A DNA stretch of 64,000 bases from Octopus vulgaris (lineage: Eukaryota), in the NCBI GenBank assembly GCA_951406725.2, contig OX597815.1:151342001-151406000 (forward strand), in the 5' to 3' direction. Within the stretch, counting starts at the first letter, position 1, and each line of letters opens with the position of its first letter. This document shows positions 12,266 through 24,486 of the stretch, piece after piece. The position numbers were made by a program, and so were the translations under genes. The notes under the pieces are model-generated. The model was not told where the DNA came from, did no database searches, and saw nothing but the letters and a program-made list of their open reading frames with translations.

Positions 12266-13265
12266 TCTGAATATTATTTTAACAAGTTTAAAATAATTTC
12301 TTTTGTGCTGTAAAACATTTACCGTTTCTGTGGTTCAAAACACACACACACTTCCTTTGATGCCCTGAGCTTGTGCTTATTTTGCTCAATAGTTCATCCA
12401 ACACCAAAAACAGGCAAAGTTTGGTGACAGGAATAGCATCTGGCAGCAGAAAAAATTACTTCAATAACCTCTGTTCAACCCATACAAGTACAGAAAAGCA
12501 GATATTAAGATCATGGCAATGAATCAAAAGCATTAGAGCAAGATGGGTCAAAATGACTTCTAAGAAGATTGACAATAATATTGTCATATGCCCTGTCATG
12601 TAACAAAATCTATTTTTAGAACTAGCTGAAGTGCGCAATAAGTTGACAATCATTATCATCATCGTCATCGTCATTCACTAGAGACTAATGAAAACATGTT
12701 TTAGTGCATGTCAAAAACTGGTATCAGCACCATATCCTATGATCAAACAAGATATAAGATGCAACAATTTCATAGGATTTTATACAAACCACTCCGTAAA
12801 CACCAAATTGGCCTATTAATTATCGTTAATGGTTTTAAAAATAAAACATGCTTACTCAATCATGTGATAATATCTGATGAAAATGTATTTGGGAAAATCA
12901 AATAATTAGCGCAGTGTTTCTCAACCTTTCTAACCTTTTGTAATCCGAATTCTGAAAGAACCCCTGCACAAAAAAAATTATATACCATATCTTTCTCATA
13001 TTTTTTTCATTGTAGTTCACATGGAGAATATCATATGTATATATATATTTATATATATATATCATCATCATCATCATCATCATCATCGTTTAGCGTCTGT
13101 TTTCCATGCTAGCATGGGTTGGATGGTTCAACTGGGGTCTGTGAAGCCGGAAGGCTTCATCAGGCCCAGTCAGATCTGGCAGTGTTTCTACGGCTGGATG
13201 CCCTTCCTAATGCCAACCACTCCGTGAGTGTAGTATATATAGTATATATATATATATATATATAT

Positions 13266-13533
13266 TAATAATGGTATTTTTATATAAGCTTAAAGCTTAT
13301 GACAATCACCATAAGGAAAATAGTCTAATAAAGGGGCATATAAACCCTCAGCAGAAAAAGAAGGCATTCCTATCCATGTGGCAGACAAATCCATATCCCT
13401 TTGTTAATGCGACTAAGTGTGTTACCTTCTTTTTTCTGTTGAGGGTTTATATGTCCCTTTATTAGACTATTTTCCTTAGTCATTGTACGGTGATCACCAT
13501 AAGCTTTAAGCTTATATAAAAATACCATTATTA
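13266..13533. repeat. Inverted repeat with about 100-bp arms
   Basis: taataatggtatttttatataagcttaaagcttatg / cataagctttaagcttatataaaaataccattatta. Confidence 0.85.
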
Positions 13534-13987
13534 TTATTTACAGGATTGTAAATCATGGTGCCATAATAAAAAAACATTCATATATATATATATATAAAAT
13601 ATACGGCTTTATTTTGAGATTCCCAATATTAACAATACTCACAAATAAAATACAGGCTGGAGTTGTATTGCTCCAAGTGAGCTGTATTCTATTTAATAAT
13701 CTGAATGGAGGCAATGCAAGCAGAAACTAGAGGAACATAATTAATAACCACACACAAAATCAAATATGTATATATATTCTTCTACATTTATAAAACTGAT
13801 ATAATAATTTCAAAAATATAAATATAAAAATACATATAAATAGATAAATATCGATATGATACATAAAGCACAGAGAATTTTAGATCTAAAAGTTACAATA
13901 CATTGGTGTAATAAAAATTTAAGATGATAAAACATGAAAAGAACATACTAAAATACCACAAAAATATTGCAAAAATTTAAAAATTCT

Positions 13988-14067
13988 ATCTACAGGCCGT
14001 TTCAGAGACGTACCAAGTAATATGACATATTTCATATTTTTAAAACTGACACTCCCCTCATCAGGAA
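13988..14067 (-). ncRNA. Hammerhead ribozyme motif
   Basis: Minus strand: tc-CTGATGA-gggga...tctct-GAAA-CGGCCTG-TA-ga. Confidence 0.65.
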
Positions 14068-15664
14068 GTTTTCCCATAATGCAAAAAAGAAAAAAACCAA
14101 ATACAGAAATACAATTATACAATTACATACAAGCCAATCGAGTGGTATATATTAAATGGTATATATATATATATATATATATAGGGTGTCCATAAATTAC
14201 AGACATCACTAAATATAACCCCAATGGTTGTTATATTTTTTGTTAACATAATAGGTTAGATAGGATGATGTCTAGATTACAATATTACAATAACCAATAA
14301 TATGTTGTGCAGATATAGTAATATTACGATCATGAAATTAGCATTAGCTTATCTCACTCTTTCTCACGGAGCCCCTGGGAAACTTTTGTGGAAGCCTAGA
14401 GTTCTAGGGAACCCTGGTTGAGAAAAGCTGGATTAAAGGTTGATGTTAGCAGAATGTGACAACTGAAAATACAGATAACCCCAGTTGTTATTGATACACT
14501 TGGAGTCATAAACAAAGGTGTAAATGAGTTTCTTGAAAATACCTCAGGGAAAAACCCAACATTTCTGAAATTTAAGCAAAACAAAAAAAAAACAGGCATG
14601 GCTGTGTGGTAAGAAGCTGGCTTCCCAGCCTCATGCTTCTGGTTTCAGTCCCATTGTGTGGCACCTTGGGTAAGTGCCTATTATGATAACCTTAGGCTGA
14701 CCAATGCCTTGTGAATGGATTTGGTAGATGGAAACTGAAAAAAGCCCTTTGGGCCTCATTGAGGAAATGACAAAGGACCAGGAGAGATGGCGGTTTGCTG
14801 TAATTGATAAGACATAGCAAACTAAGTAAACATTTCTGTCTTCCACACATACAAGCTTGTCCTTTCAGGTGCCAGTACCACATAGTAAGTACCTGTGCCA
14901 GTGCTGCTTAGATGTACCCATACTGGTGACACATAAAAGGTACCCAGCACACCCTGTTAAGTGGTTGGTGTTTGGACATTAAACAATGACAATGGTGATT
15001 ATGATATATATATATATTATCATCATCATCATCATTATCGATTAAAACTGGCATGGGTTGGACAGACTGAGGTCTGGAGAGCCAGCAGCTCCTATATATA
15101 TATATGTGTGTGTGTGTGTATGTGTGTGTGTGTGTGTGTGTGTATGTGTGTATGTATGTGTATATATATATGTATGTATATATATATATATATATATATA
15201 ATTTCAACAATTGAGGGTGAAATTAATTAATAATTAATTAATTTCACCAAGTGTTCAGTATGCAAAGGGACCATTTAAGGCGAATTCAAATTATTACAAT
15301 ATATAAAAGGGCTTAGTAAAATAAATTACTTTGCCCTTTTATATATTGTAATAATTTGAATTCGCCTTAAATGGTCCCTTTGCATACTGAACACTTGGTG
15401 AAATTAATTAATAATTAATTAATTTTACCCTCAATTGTTGAAATTATAATTAATCTCCCTCTAATTAATGCTTCGGATTTTACCGAAATAAGCAGTGTTT
15501 GTTGATTTTAACCCACGCTGGTGGAAAGGGGAGGACAGAAATTCTTCGCTTGCATGTTTGAGTTTGTTGGCACTGTTAGTTACGAGCAGATCTTCGAAGG
15601 CGATGAGAGGCCGAAAGAGTATGCTCTCACTTTCAGTGTTTTCAAATCCAAACCATGGAGTTTC

Positions 15665-15716
15665 TGAGCTGATGATAGAAGTGTCTTGATGACTAATCTT
15701 GAAACGTACGTTCTCA
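15665..15716 (+). ncRNA. Type I hammerhead ribozyme, copy 1
   Basis: tgag-CTGATGA-taga...tctt-GAAA-CGTACG-TT-ctca; palindromic stem III ACGTACGT. Confidence 0.85.
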
Positions 15717-16226
15717 AATAACCTTTGCATTTGATTTTTTTATGTCTTTACCCCCAAACTTTCGTGAGTTGAGTTGACCAAACACTATACGAGAGAGATT
15801 TTCTTTAAGTATTAGAAATGGTTTTTTAAAAAAGTTTTTTAGCTGCTATTTCTAATGAGTTCAGTATGCGGCAAAGTAATTTATTTTACTAAGCCCTTTT
15901 ATATATTGTAATAATTTGAATTCGCCTTAAATGGTCCCTTTGCATACTGAACACTTGGTGAAATTAATTAATAATTAATTAATTTTACCCTCAATTGTTG
16001 AAATTATAATTAATCTCCCTCTAATTAATGCTTCGGATTTTACCGAAATAAGCAGAGTGTTTGTTGATTTTAACCCACGCTGGTGGAAAGGGGAGGACAG
16101 AAATTCTTCGCTTGCATGTTTGAGTTTGTTGGCACTGTTAGTTACGAGCAGATCTTCGAAGGCGATGAGAGGCCGAAAGAGTATGCTCTCACTTTCAGTG
16201 TTTTCAAATCCAAACCATGGAGTTTC

Positions 16227-16278
16227 TGAGCTGATGATAGAAGTGTCTTGATGACTAATCTTGAAACGTACGTTCTCA
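16227..16278 (+). ncRNA. Type I hammerhead ribozyme, copy 2
   Basis: Identical to 15665-15716, 562 nt downstream. Confidence 0.85.
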
Positions 16279-16461
16279 AATAACCTTTGCATTTGGTTTT
16301 TTTATGTCTTTACCCCCAAACTTTCGTGAGTTGAGTTGACCAAACACTATACGAGAGAGATTTTCTTTAAGTATTAGAAATGGTTTTTTAAAAAAGTTTT
16401 TTAGCTGCTATTTCTAATGAGTTCAGTATGCGGCAAAGTAATTTATTTTACTAAGCCCTTT

Positions 16462-16578
<117 letters not shown>

Positions 16579-17732
16579 AGTGGGTGTATGGTAAGAAGCT
16601 TGCTTCTCAACTACATGGTTCCAGGTTCAGTTCCACTGCGTGGCACCTTGGGCAAGTGTCTTCTACTATAGCCTTGGGCCAACCAAAGCCTTACTGACTC
16701 CTGTGTCGGTGGCATGTAAAAAGCACCCACTACATTCTCAGAGTGGTTGGTGTTAGGAAGGGCATCTAGCTGTAGAAACTCTACCAGATCAGATTAGTGA
16801 GGTCGCTCTTTTGTGCTAATATTTGTCAGGTAGCTTTTGTGTGACACTAGTAACGTGTAACCCTGTACAACCTGTTGCACTGTTGGGTCATTGGCAATTA
16901 AGACAACAACGCCACCATCGAGCTTGGTGAGGTGGATGACTATGGGACACCCTGCAGAATAAAAGGCAAAACCTGACAAAGGGTGGAAGAACTGTCCTGT
17001 ATTGTGTAAGAAACAAAAAAAAGAAGAAAAAGGGACAACTAACATGCATATGGAAAGATCAAATGAATGAAAGGAAGTCATGAGAGTGAGATGGTGACTC
17101 AGGAAAATCATCCAGAAGTCTCATGAGAGACATTTTTATACTCAGTGATCAAAAGATGAGCAGTACAACCAAATCAAGCACCAGGGTTAGGTGTGGAAGT
17201 TGATTGTACAGTGAATTCCAACTGGTTGGGATTGGGTGTTCAACCACATTGAGGGATGATGATGAGCACTGATGACCTGGAAGAGATTCTGGCCTTCAGT
17301 AAAGAAAAACCATGTAGTCTCATAAAGAGGTCTTTCAGGTTGGGCTTATGAATAATTTTCAAAAGTCATTGCTTTGGAACTGCAACAGGAGGTCATTACC
17401 TGTTTGGAATTAACTCTACAGATGTGTGAGAGAAGCCAGTGACTGAATCTGTTTGAGATATACACACCTGGAACACACGTGTTCAGTGATCAGGTAATGA
17501 CATTTAGGTTGAACACCTGTTAAACTTGTATCACATGTGCGACAATAAAATAAAGTACTTGTTGCAAACTAGAGGATCGATGTAGTTTCCTTTTCTCCTC
17601 CACTCAAGATTGCTAGTCGTGTGCTAAAGCTAGAGTGAATTATTGTTATTATGTTTTTATTATTTCTCTTTATCACAGGTTTTGTTGGAGCTCCTGGTGT
17701 CTTATATGTGTAGTGGGCTTATTATTATTATT

Positions 17733-18274
17733 ATTAGAAATATTGAATTTCTAAATGTAGTCCTAGCTGGTGGGGGTGCTTGCCTCCCCTTTGCAAATAT
17801 AAGGACACAGGAAATGTGTCAAAGCCGACAGGAAGCGTCGATGCTTCCTAGGGTTATATAGCGGTGGTGTAATTCCCTTTACAGAACTGTCACGTTATAT
17901 TGACTTTATACAACCACTCTATCGCTCCACCACCGCTCATGTCTCTTTGAGACATTTAGAAATTCAATATTTCTAATTACGGTGATCAGTGAATAGATTT
18001 CACTATAAATAGATATATTTGCAAAGGTTTGGCAAGTATCACTGCTAGCAGGGACTCGCTAACCTGGACTGATGACGGGCAAGACTCAGAAACATGCATG
18101 TCTTCAGGTTGCTAGTCCTAGCTGGTGGGTGTGCTTGCCTCCCCTTTGCAAATATAAGGACACAGGAAATGTGTCAAAGCCAACAGGAAGCGTCGATGCT
18201 TCCTAGGGCTATATAGTGGTGGTGTAATTCCCTTTACAGGACTGTCAAGTCATGTTGACTTTATACAACCACTC
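17733..18274 (+). mobile_element. Retrozyme-like element, 355-bp period partial tandem with a short 5' inversion
   Basis: 17758-17919 repeated at 18113-18274; 17733-17758 is the reverse complement of 17952-17977. Confidence 0.85.
18061..18110 (+). ncRNA. Canonical type I hammerhead ribozyme
   Basis: aacctgga-CTGATGA-cgggcaagactca-GAAA-CATGCATG-TC-ttcaggtt; 8-bp stem I, GUC cleavage triplet. Confidence 0.9.
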
Positions 18275-18315
18275 CATTATTATTACTATTATTATTATTA
18301 TTATCATTATTGTTA

Positions 18316-20212
18316 TTTCCCTTTCTTTTATCACAGGTTTTGTTGGAGCTCCTGGAGTCTTATATGCATAGCGAGATTGATACCTGCAGCCTATGTTACC
18401 ATGCTATTTGTTCTTTTCAGCTGTCTGATATTTACCTGATTATTCTGGCCATGCCAAGGAGGCAAACCTTTTGTAACAGTTCTACTGGGTACTCTATTCC
18501 AATTTCCTTTATATTCCTCATGATGCCTTCTGATACTGACCCCAAGGACTCAACAATAATTGGCACTATCTTCACCTTCTTCATTTTCCACAACCGGGCT
18601 ATTTCGTATTTAAGAGGGTTGTATCTATCTATCCAGCTTTTAGTCCTTCTTCTTGAGTATTCATGGGTCAAAGGGGCATGCAACATCAACTATATTGCAT
18701 ATGCGGTGCACCTTTTCCACCACCACTAGGTTTAGTCTGTTATGCTCTAGCATCTGATTTGTTTGGATTAGGAAATCCCAGAGGATTTTGCTAGTCTCCA
18801 AATCCACCACTCTGTGGTTTGTGCTCGTACCATGTCTTGCCTCTCTCTAGCCCCCTCCTTTCACACAGTTTCCAGTGTAGCACTTTCGCTACCTAATCCT
18901 GTCAACACAACTTGTAGTGGTTTTGTGCAAGTCTAATGCATACATTTGTGATATGGGCAATGGTTTCATCCACTCTATTGCAGATGTGGTACAGCTGAGA
19001 CACTTGCTCATTTCTATGGTTGACCCTCCAGTTTGTGGCCAAAGCTTGGTCTTGTGCTGCCAGTATAGTGCTCTTGATTTCTTTTCTTCAGCCAATCCTT
19101 CCTATTTTTCCAGTAAGTTCTGTTGTGCCTACACGGAACTGATCATATAGTCCCTTCTTGCATAATTCTTCTTCATGTTCTTTTTGCACTTTTCCCTTCA
19201 TTTTCCCATTTTTCTCTGCTTTCAATACTCCTTTGTTCCTAACTGACACTAACAAGTTTTCCTTACTTTGGGCTAAGTATTTCATTAAGCTCTCAAGTTC
19301 GATATGCATGCAGCCTTCCACACTTATCAATCCTCTTCCTCCATTTGCTCTCTTCATGTATAGGTGATCAGTGTCCACATGTGGATGATGGGCACCATGC
19401 ATCATTAGAAGCTTTCTTGACTTCCTGTCCATCTCCTTTAGTGTTTCCTCTATCCACTTCATGATTCCAGTGCCATACTGAAACTGCACGGGAATTTATT
19501 GCTGAAATTATGTTTCTGGTATTCAGCTTTGGAGCCAATATTTTTCTCACTTACCACAGGTACTCTCTTTTTGTATTTTCTTTCATGACATTGTGTTTAA
19601 TTCCATCTACCTCAAGTATTCCCATGTATTTATAGCTGGATTGAGGTTGAATTGCCTTCATCATTTCACCACTTGGAAACTCTATGCCTTCTGTCTTGAC
19701 GAGCTTTTCTCGTCTCATCACCATCATAGCACATTTTGGGAGCCCAAACTCCATCTTAATATCATTGGAGAAAATCTGCACAGACTAGACTAGGCTGTCT
19801 AGTTCTGCCTCATTTTTTGTGAATAACTGGCAAGTCATCCATGAATAGCCAGTGGTTCAGTTTTCCCTTACCTCTTTCCAAATCATACCCCAACTTTGTA
19901 TTCTGTAGTATTTCACTCAAGGGGATCATTCCCAGCATGAAGATAAGTGGGGACAAACTGTTCCCCTGGGAAGATACCTCTCTTAATTTTCACCTCACCT
20001 AACACCTGATTCCTTGCTGTCTCTCTTCTACTCCATACATTTCCATTGTTCTTATTAACCAGTAGTGTGGTATCATATCATATGCTTTATGATAGTCAAC
20101 CCATGCCATTCTCAGGTTTGTATGTCTTCTCCAGCAGTCCCTTATAATTAGATTATCAATTAAGAGCTGATCCTTCATTCCCTGGCTCCTCTTTTGCTAC
20201 TCTTTCTGTTGA
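18316..20212 (-). pseudogene. R4/Dong-type RLE LINE, 5'-truncated (RT, CCHC, RLE, 3' UTR)
   Basis: MEFGLPKCA, YKYMGILE, RANGGRGLISVE, KYEIARLWKMKKVKIVPIIV...LQKVCLLG; flanked by (ATT)n. Confidence 0.85.
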
Positions 20213-20230
20213 ATTATTATTATCATAATT

Positions 20231-20263
<33 letters not shown>

Positions 20264-20864
20264 TTATCTGTCTGGTTGCAAAATTGCGACGTGACAATAA
20301 CTCTTGTTAATTGACCTAATTCAGTGTTATTTACATCAAATCAATGAGCTTCCTAGCAATGAGACAGTTATTGTTGTTGTTGTTAGTGATGATGTGTTTT
20401 TTTATCTACATATTTTTTTTTTGTTGCAAAGTTCACCAGGTGCAAAAGCTGAGTAAGATGTTTATTCGATATATGCTTTCAATGTTCTAGAAAGTTCTCT
20501 GCATTGGTACATATGTTACAGCTTGCCTGCACTACCTTGTTGCTGATGATGATCTGCCATGTATAAACAAAAGTAAAATGGGTGTGGCCATCTTATGTGT
20601 TTCTAGCATCATATGAGTTCTGATTACATCATAGTAATTTTCAAAGAGAGGGAAAAACCCACACTAAAACACACATTGAAACAATACTCACCTGACAATA
20701 ATTTTTTGCGTCGCAGAAAAGAACATGATTTTTTAAAAAAATGATAATCTTGCTTTCTTTATTGTTTTCATTTATCTTTCAGTCAGAAGGCAATGCAGTC
20801 CCTGTGGCCCTTCTAAGATCTCTTTGAGACTGATGGGAGGGAGGAAGGTACCTTTAACCCTTTG

Positions 20865-21085
20865 GTAGAATCGTTAGCATGCTGGGTGAAATGCTTAGCG
20901 GTATTTTGTCTGTCGTTACGTTGTGAGTTCAAATTCCGCTGAGGTCCACTTTGCCTTTCATCCTCTCGGGGTCAATAAATTAAGTACCAGTTACGTACTG
21001 GAGTCGATGTAATCGACTTAATACCTATGTCTGTCCTTGTTTTTCCTCTCTATGTTTGGCCCCTTGTGGGTAATAAAGAAATAGG
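20865..21085 (+). mobile_element. SINE family C (tRNA head, Meta/Nin-like body)
   Basis: gagttcaaattcc...actttgcctttcatcct...ggggtcaataaattaagtaccag; other copies at 33685/34320, 37365 (rc), 45792 (rc), 50330, 51585 (rc). Confidence 0.75.
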
Positions 21086-22868
21086 TATTCACATTATTTT
21101 GTCAAAAGTATTGCTTATTTATTCACATTATTTTCAATTAATCATGCATTATTTTGTAGCTTTGAAATTTTGATGAAGTAATTGTTAATTTTTAGAACGA
21201 TAATGTAGGGTTGGTATGGGAAGCCAGATCTGACCAGTTGAAGCATAAAACAGGCAGAATATTTTGGCTGGATATGGTTGGATTAAATGCTAAAGGGCTA
21301 ATCCACAGACTGGCTTGGAAGTCTGGAATAGAGAAGATGTTTTCAAAGGCACCCAAGGACTGGGTAATGACATCAAACTATGTTTGCTACCCAAGTAAGC
21401 CATGGTGAAATTTGAACTCAGAATGCAAAGATCCAGTACAGATACTGAAATGCATCCTCTCTCATGTTCTTATAGTTAATCCAACATCCTGAATTTTTTC
21501 TCTGGTACAAAGCCACTCTCTACCCTTAATACTGCTCCCTGCTTCCAATTGAGGGGGATTTTGTTTCTTTTGTCTTGCAAGGTACATGGTGACCCCATTG
21601 GTTATGGTGCCACATGCAATCACCATTGCTGGTGCAACATAAAAAGCACTGGTGTTGGTGTCACGTAAAAAGCAGTCAGTAAAGTAGTCAGCATTAGTAA
21701 GGGAATTCAATTGTAGAAACCATATCAGAGCAGACAATGGAGTCTAGAATGACTCCTAGCCCTGCCAGCTCCCATCAAACTGTCCAGCCCATGCCAGCAT
21801 GGAAAACAAACGTTAAGTGATGATGATGAGCCCTAAAACTCATAAAGCCAGTTATTCAGTTTCTATGGCATTTACACAAGTGAAGTTGCAACTTTGTCTC
21901 TGAGTGGGATGTCAGTCTGTTGCAGAGTTCCAGGCCTACAATTTTGAGGGGAGGTGATAAGCCAATTACACTGCTCCAGATACTTGGCTGGAAATTTATT
22001 TTATTGAATGAATGGCAAAGTTGGCATCAGCAGTGTTTGAACTCAGAATGTAATGAACCAGAAGTTTTGCTAAGCATTTGGTCTAATGCCCTAACAATTC
22101 TACTAGCTTTCCACCCTGAGATACTGAGTGGTATATTTTGATTGTCTTCAAAACGATGAAAGGGCATATTTTGACCTCATCAGATTTGAACTCAAGATGC
22201 AGAGGGTCAGATTAAATACCACAATGAGCAGATTGACTAATGTAATATTCGATAGACAGACAGTTGATACCCGGGGTTAAAAAAGAAGAAAACTGGAAGC
22301 TTAAAGACGGAGAATGTTTCATGAGAGACGATAAAAGAAATAAACAAATAAAATCTTCTAATCTTAGTTCTTTTACATTGCTCAATGTTTCACTGTTTTT
22401 GCAAAGGCAAACAGTGAGAGGAAAACTGCATTGTAATGTATGTAATTGAGGAAGCCACCATCGTGTCAATGACTCACTTGTAAACTCATCCAGGTATACT
22501 CACAACACATGATAGCATAGCCAAGTGATTTAGGTCACAGATAACCTGTGATCACAAACATATCATTTACTATTGTTTTTTTTGCTGTTGCTGTTTAACC
22601 CTAGGTTAGCTCTGATTGAGCTCATCTATGATCAACAGTGATCCAACAGACTATTTGGTTTTATACTTTCATAAAACATCTCTTTTATCTTTTATTTGTT
22701 TCAGTCATTGGACAGTGGCCATGCTGGGGCACCAGTTTGAAGGGTTTTAGTCAAACAAATCAACCCCTGTACTTATATATATTTAAAAAAAAATTTGGTG
22801 CTTATTCTATGAGTCTCTTTGGCAAATTGCTAAGATACGGAATTTAAACAAACCATCACCAGCAGTGC

Positions 22869-23060
22869 TGAGGCGCAATGGCCCAGTGGTTAGGGCAGCG
22901 GACTCGTGGTCATAAGAACGTGGTTTTAATTCCCAGACTGGGCATTGTGAGTGTTTATTGAGCAGAAAACACCTAAGCTCCACGAGGCTCTGGCAGGTAG
23001 TGGGGGGTGGGGTGAACCCCACTGTACTCTTTCATCACAACTTTCTCTCAATCTTTCTTC
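22869..23060 (+). mobile_element. tRNA-derived SINE family D
   Basis: ggcgcaatggcccagtggttagggcagcggactc...ggttttaattccc (A and B boxes). Confidence 0.7.
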
Positions 23061-23321
23061 CTACTTCTTCCACAAAGCAGAGAAACCATGGTGTACCCCA
23101 CTATGGTGTGGTAAACTTTCAGACCCTAGTCTAGATTGCGAATCCTCTGTACCCCAGGATGGTTCAGCTCTCCACCCTTTAAAAGCCACTGTTTACAGAA
23201 TGAGGATAACAATGTAGCTTTCACGTCTGTGCAACCGCCAGTCTATTGCGTGTGGTGGGTGCATTCTTAGTAGCTCAAATTAGAGATTATTCATTGTGGC
23301 TGATGACGTGAGTCCTGATTG

Positions 23322-23398
23322 GAAGAAGAAGAAGAAGAAGAAGAAGAAGAAGAAGAAGAAGAAGAAGAAGGAGGAGGAGGAGGAGGAGGAGAAGGAGA
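23322..23398. repeat. (GAA)n(GAG)n microsatellite
   Basis: Direct reading. Confidence 0.95.
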
Positions 23399-23476
23399 AA
23401 TATAAAATTTTTAAATTTTATATTTTATATATATATTATATATTATATTATATTTATTTTTTGTTTTTTAAGACGT

Positions 23477-23985
23477 GTTGAGGCAAGTGAGGATCAGAAT
23501 CGAAATCGATCAATGGAAATTGCGGATGTGCTACCAGTGCCGGTGGCATGTCGAAACTCTGCTTGTGAAGACCCATTGAGGCAAGTGAGGATCAGAATCG
23601 AAATCGATCAATGGAAATTGCAGATGTGTTACCAGTGCCGGTGGCATGTAAGAGAACTTTCCGTTTCGCGACCGTTGCCAGCACCGCCCCGTTTCGTGTC
23701 CATTGCCAGCCTCGCCTGGCCCTCGTGCCGGTGGCACATAAAAAGCACCATCCGTTCGGGGCCGTTTGCCAGCTCTGTCTGGCACCAGTGCGGGTGGCAC
23801 GTAAAAAGCACCCACTACACTCACGGAGTGGTTGGCGTTAGGAAGGGCATCCAGCCGTAGAAACACTGCCAGATTTGACTGGGCCTGATGAAGCCTTCTG
23901 GCTTCACAGACCCCAGTAGAACCGTCCAACCCATGCTAGCATGGAAAACGGACGCTAAATGATGATGATGATGATGATGATGATG
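23477..23985 (+). mobile_element. Family B element with 99-bp-period 5' duplication and multiple hairpin modules
   Basis: gaggcaagtgaggatcagaatc at 23480 and 23579; gtgccggtggcac modules; (GAT)n tail. Confidence 0.85.
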
Positions 23986-24070
23986 TTTTGGTTTATGTCT
24001 ATCACTGTTTGAGTTTCCTAATAGTGGTTTTATCTCTAATTTAATTTATATATATATATATATATATATA

Positions 24071-24425
24071 CAATTGCAGCGTGGAAGGTGTTTGTAAGCC
24101 ATTTAAGAAACACACAAAAGCCGTTCGATTCACTTCAACATTTAAGTTTAATTTGTCAAAATATTTTCGTCGCTAAAATCCGTGACCTGTTCACTGACAA
24201 AAATCCGTGCTGCAATTTGCCAAAGAGATGCAGCACGGATTTTTGTCAGTGAACAGGTCGCGGATTTTAGCAACGAAAATATTTTGACAAATTAAACTTA
24301 AATGTTGAAGTGAATCGAACGGCTTTTGGGTGTTTCTTAAATGGCTTACAAGCACCTTCCACGCTGCAATTGTTTTCGTTTCAGCACACGATCTCAGATC
24401 AAATCACTTGCTATGTGAGTACATC

Positions 24426-24430
<5 letters not shown>
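24071..24430. mobile_element. Hairpin PLE-type element carrying a G3-C8 hammerhead variant on each arm
   Basis: Arms 24071-24214 / 24229-24372, flanked by (TA)n; second copy at 36585-36992. Confidence 0.85.
24242..24291 (+). ncRNA. Hammerhead ribozyme variant (GUGAACA core)
   Basis: tttgtca-GTGAACA-g-gtcgc...gcaac-GAAA-ATAT-TT-tgacaaa; mirror copy on minus strand at 24152-24201. Confidence 0.7.

Positions 24431-24486
<56 letters not shown>

Larger units (their letters stand above)
12911..14430. mobile_element. hAT/Charlie-like MITE ends enclosing nested insertions
   Basis: cagtgtttctcaacc ... ggttgagaaaagctg. Confidence 0.55.

Noticed and set aside
15461-16292. Duplicated 89/105-aa and 64-aa ORFs
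   Set aside because: They arise from the tandem ribozyme element; no recognisable domain, and a 2-nt indel changes the frame between copies.
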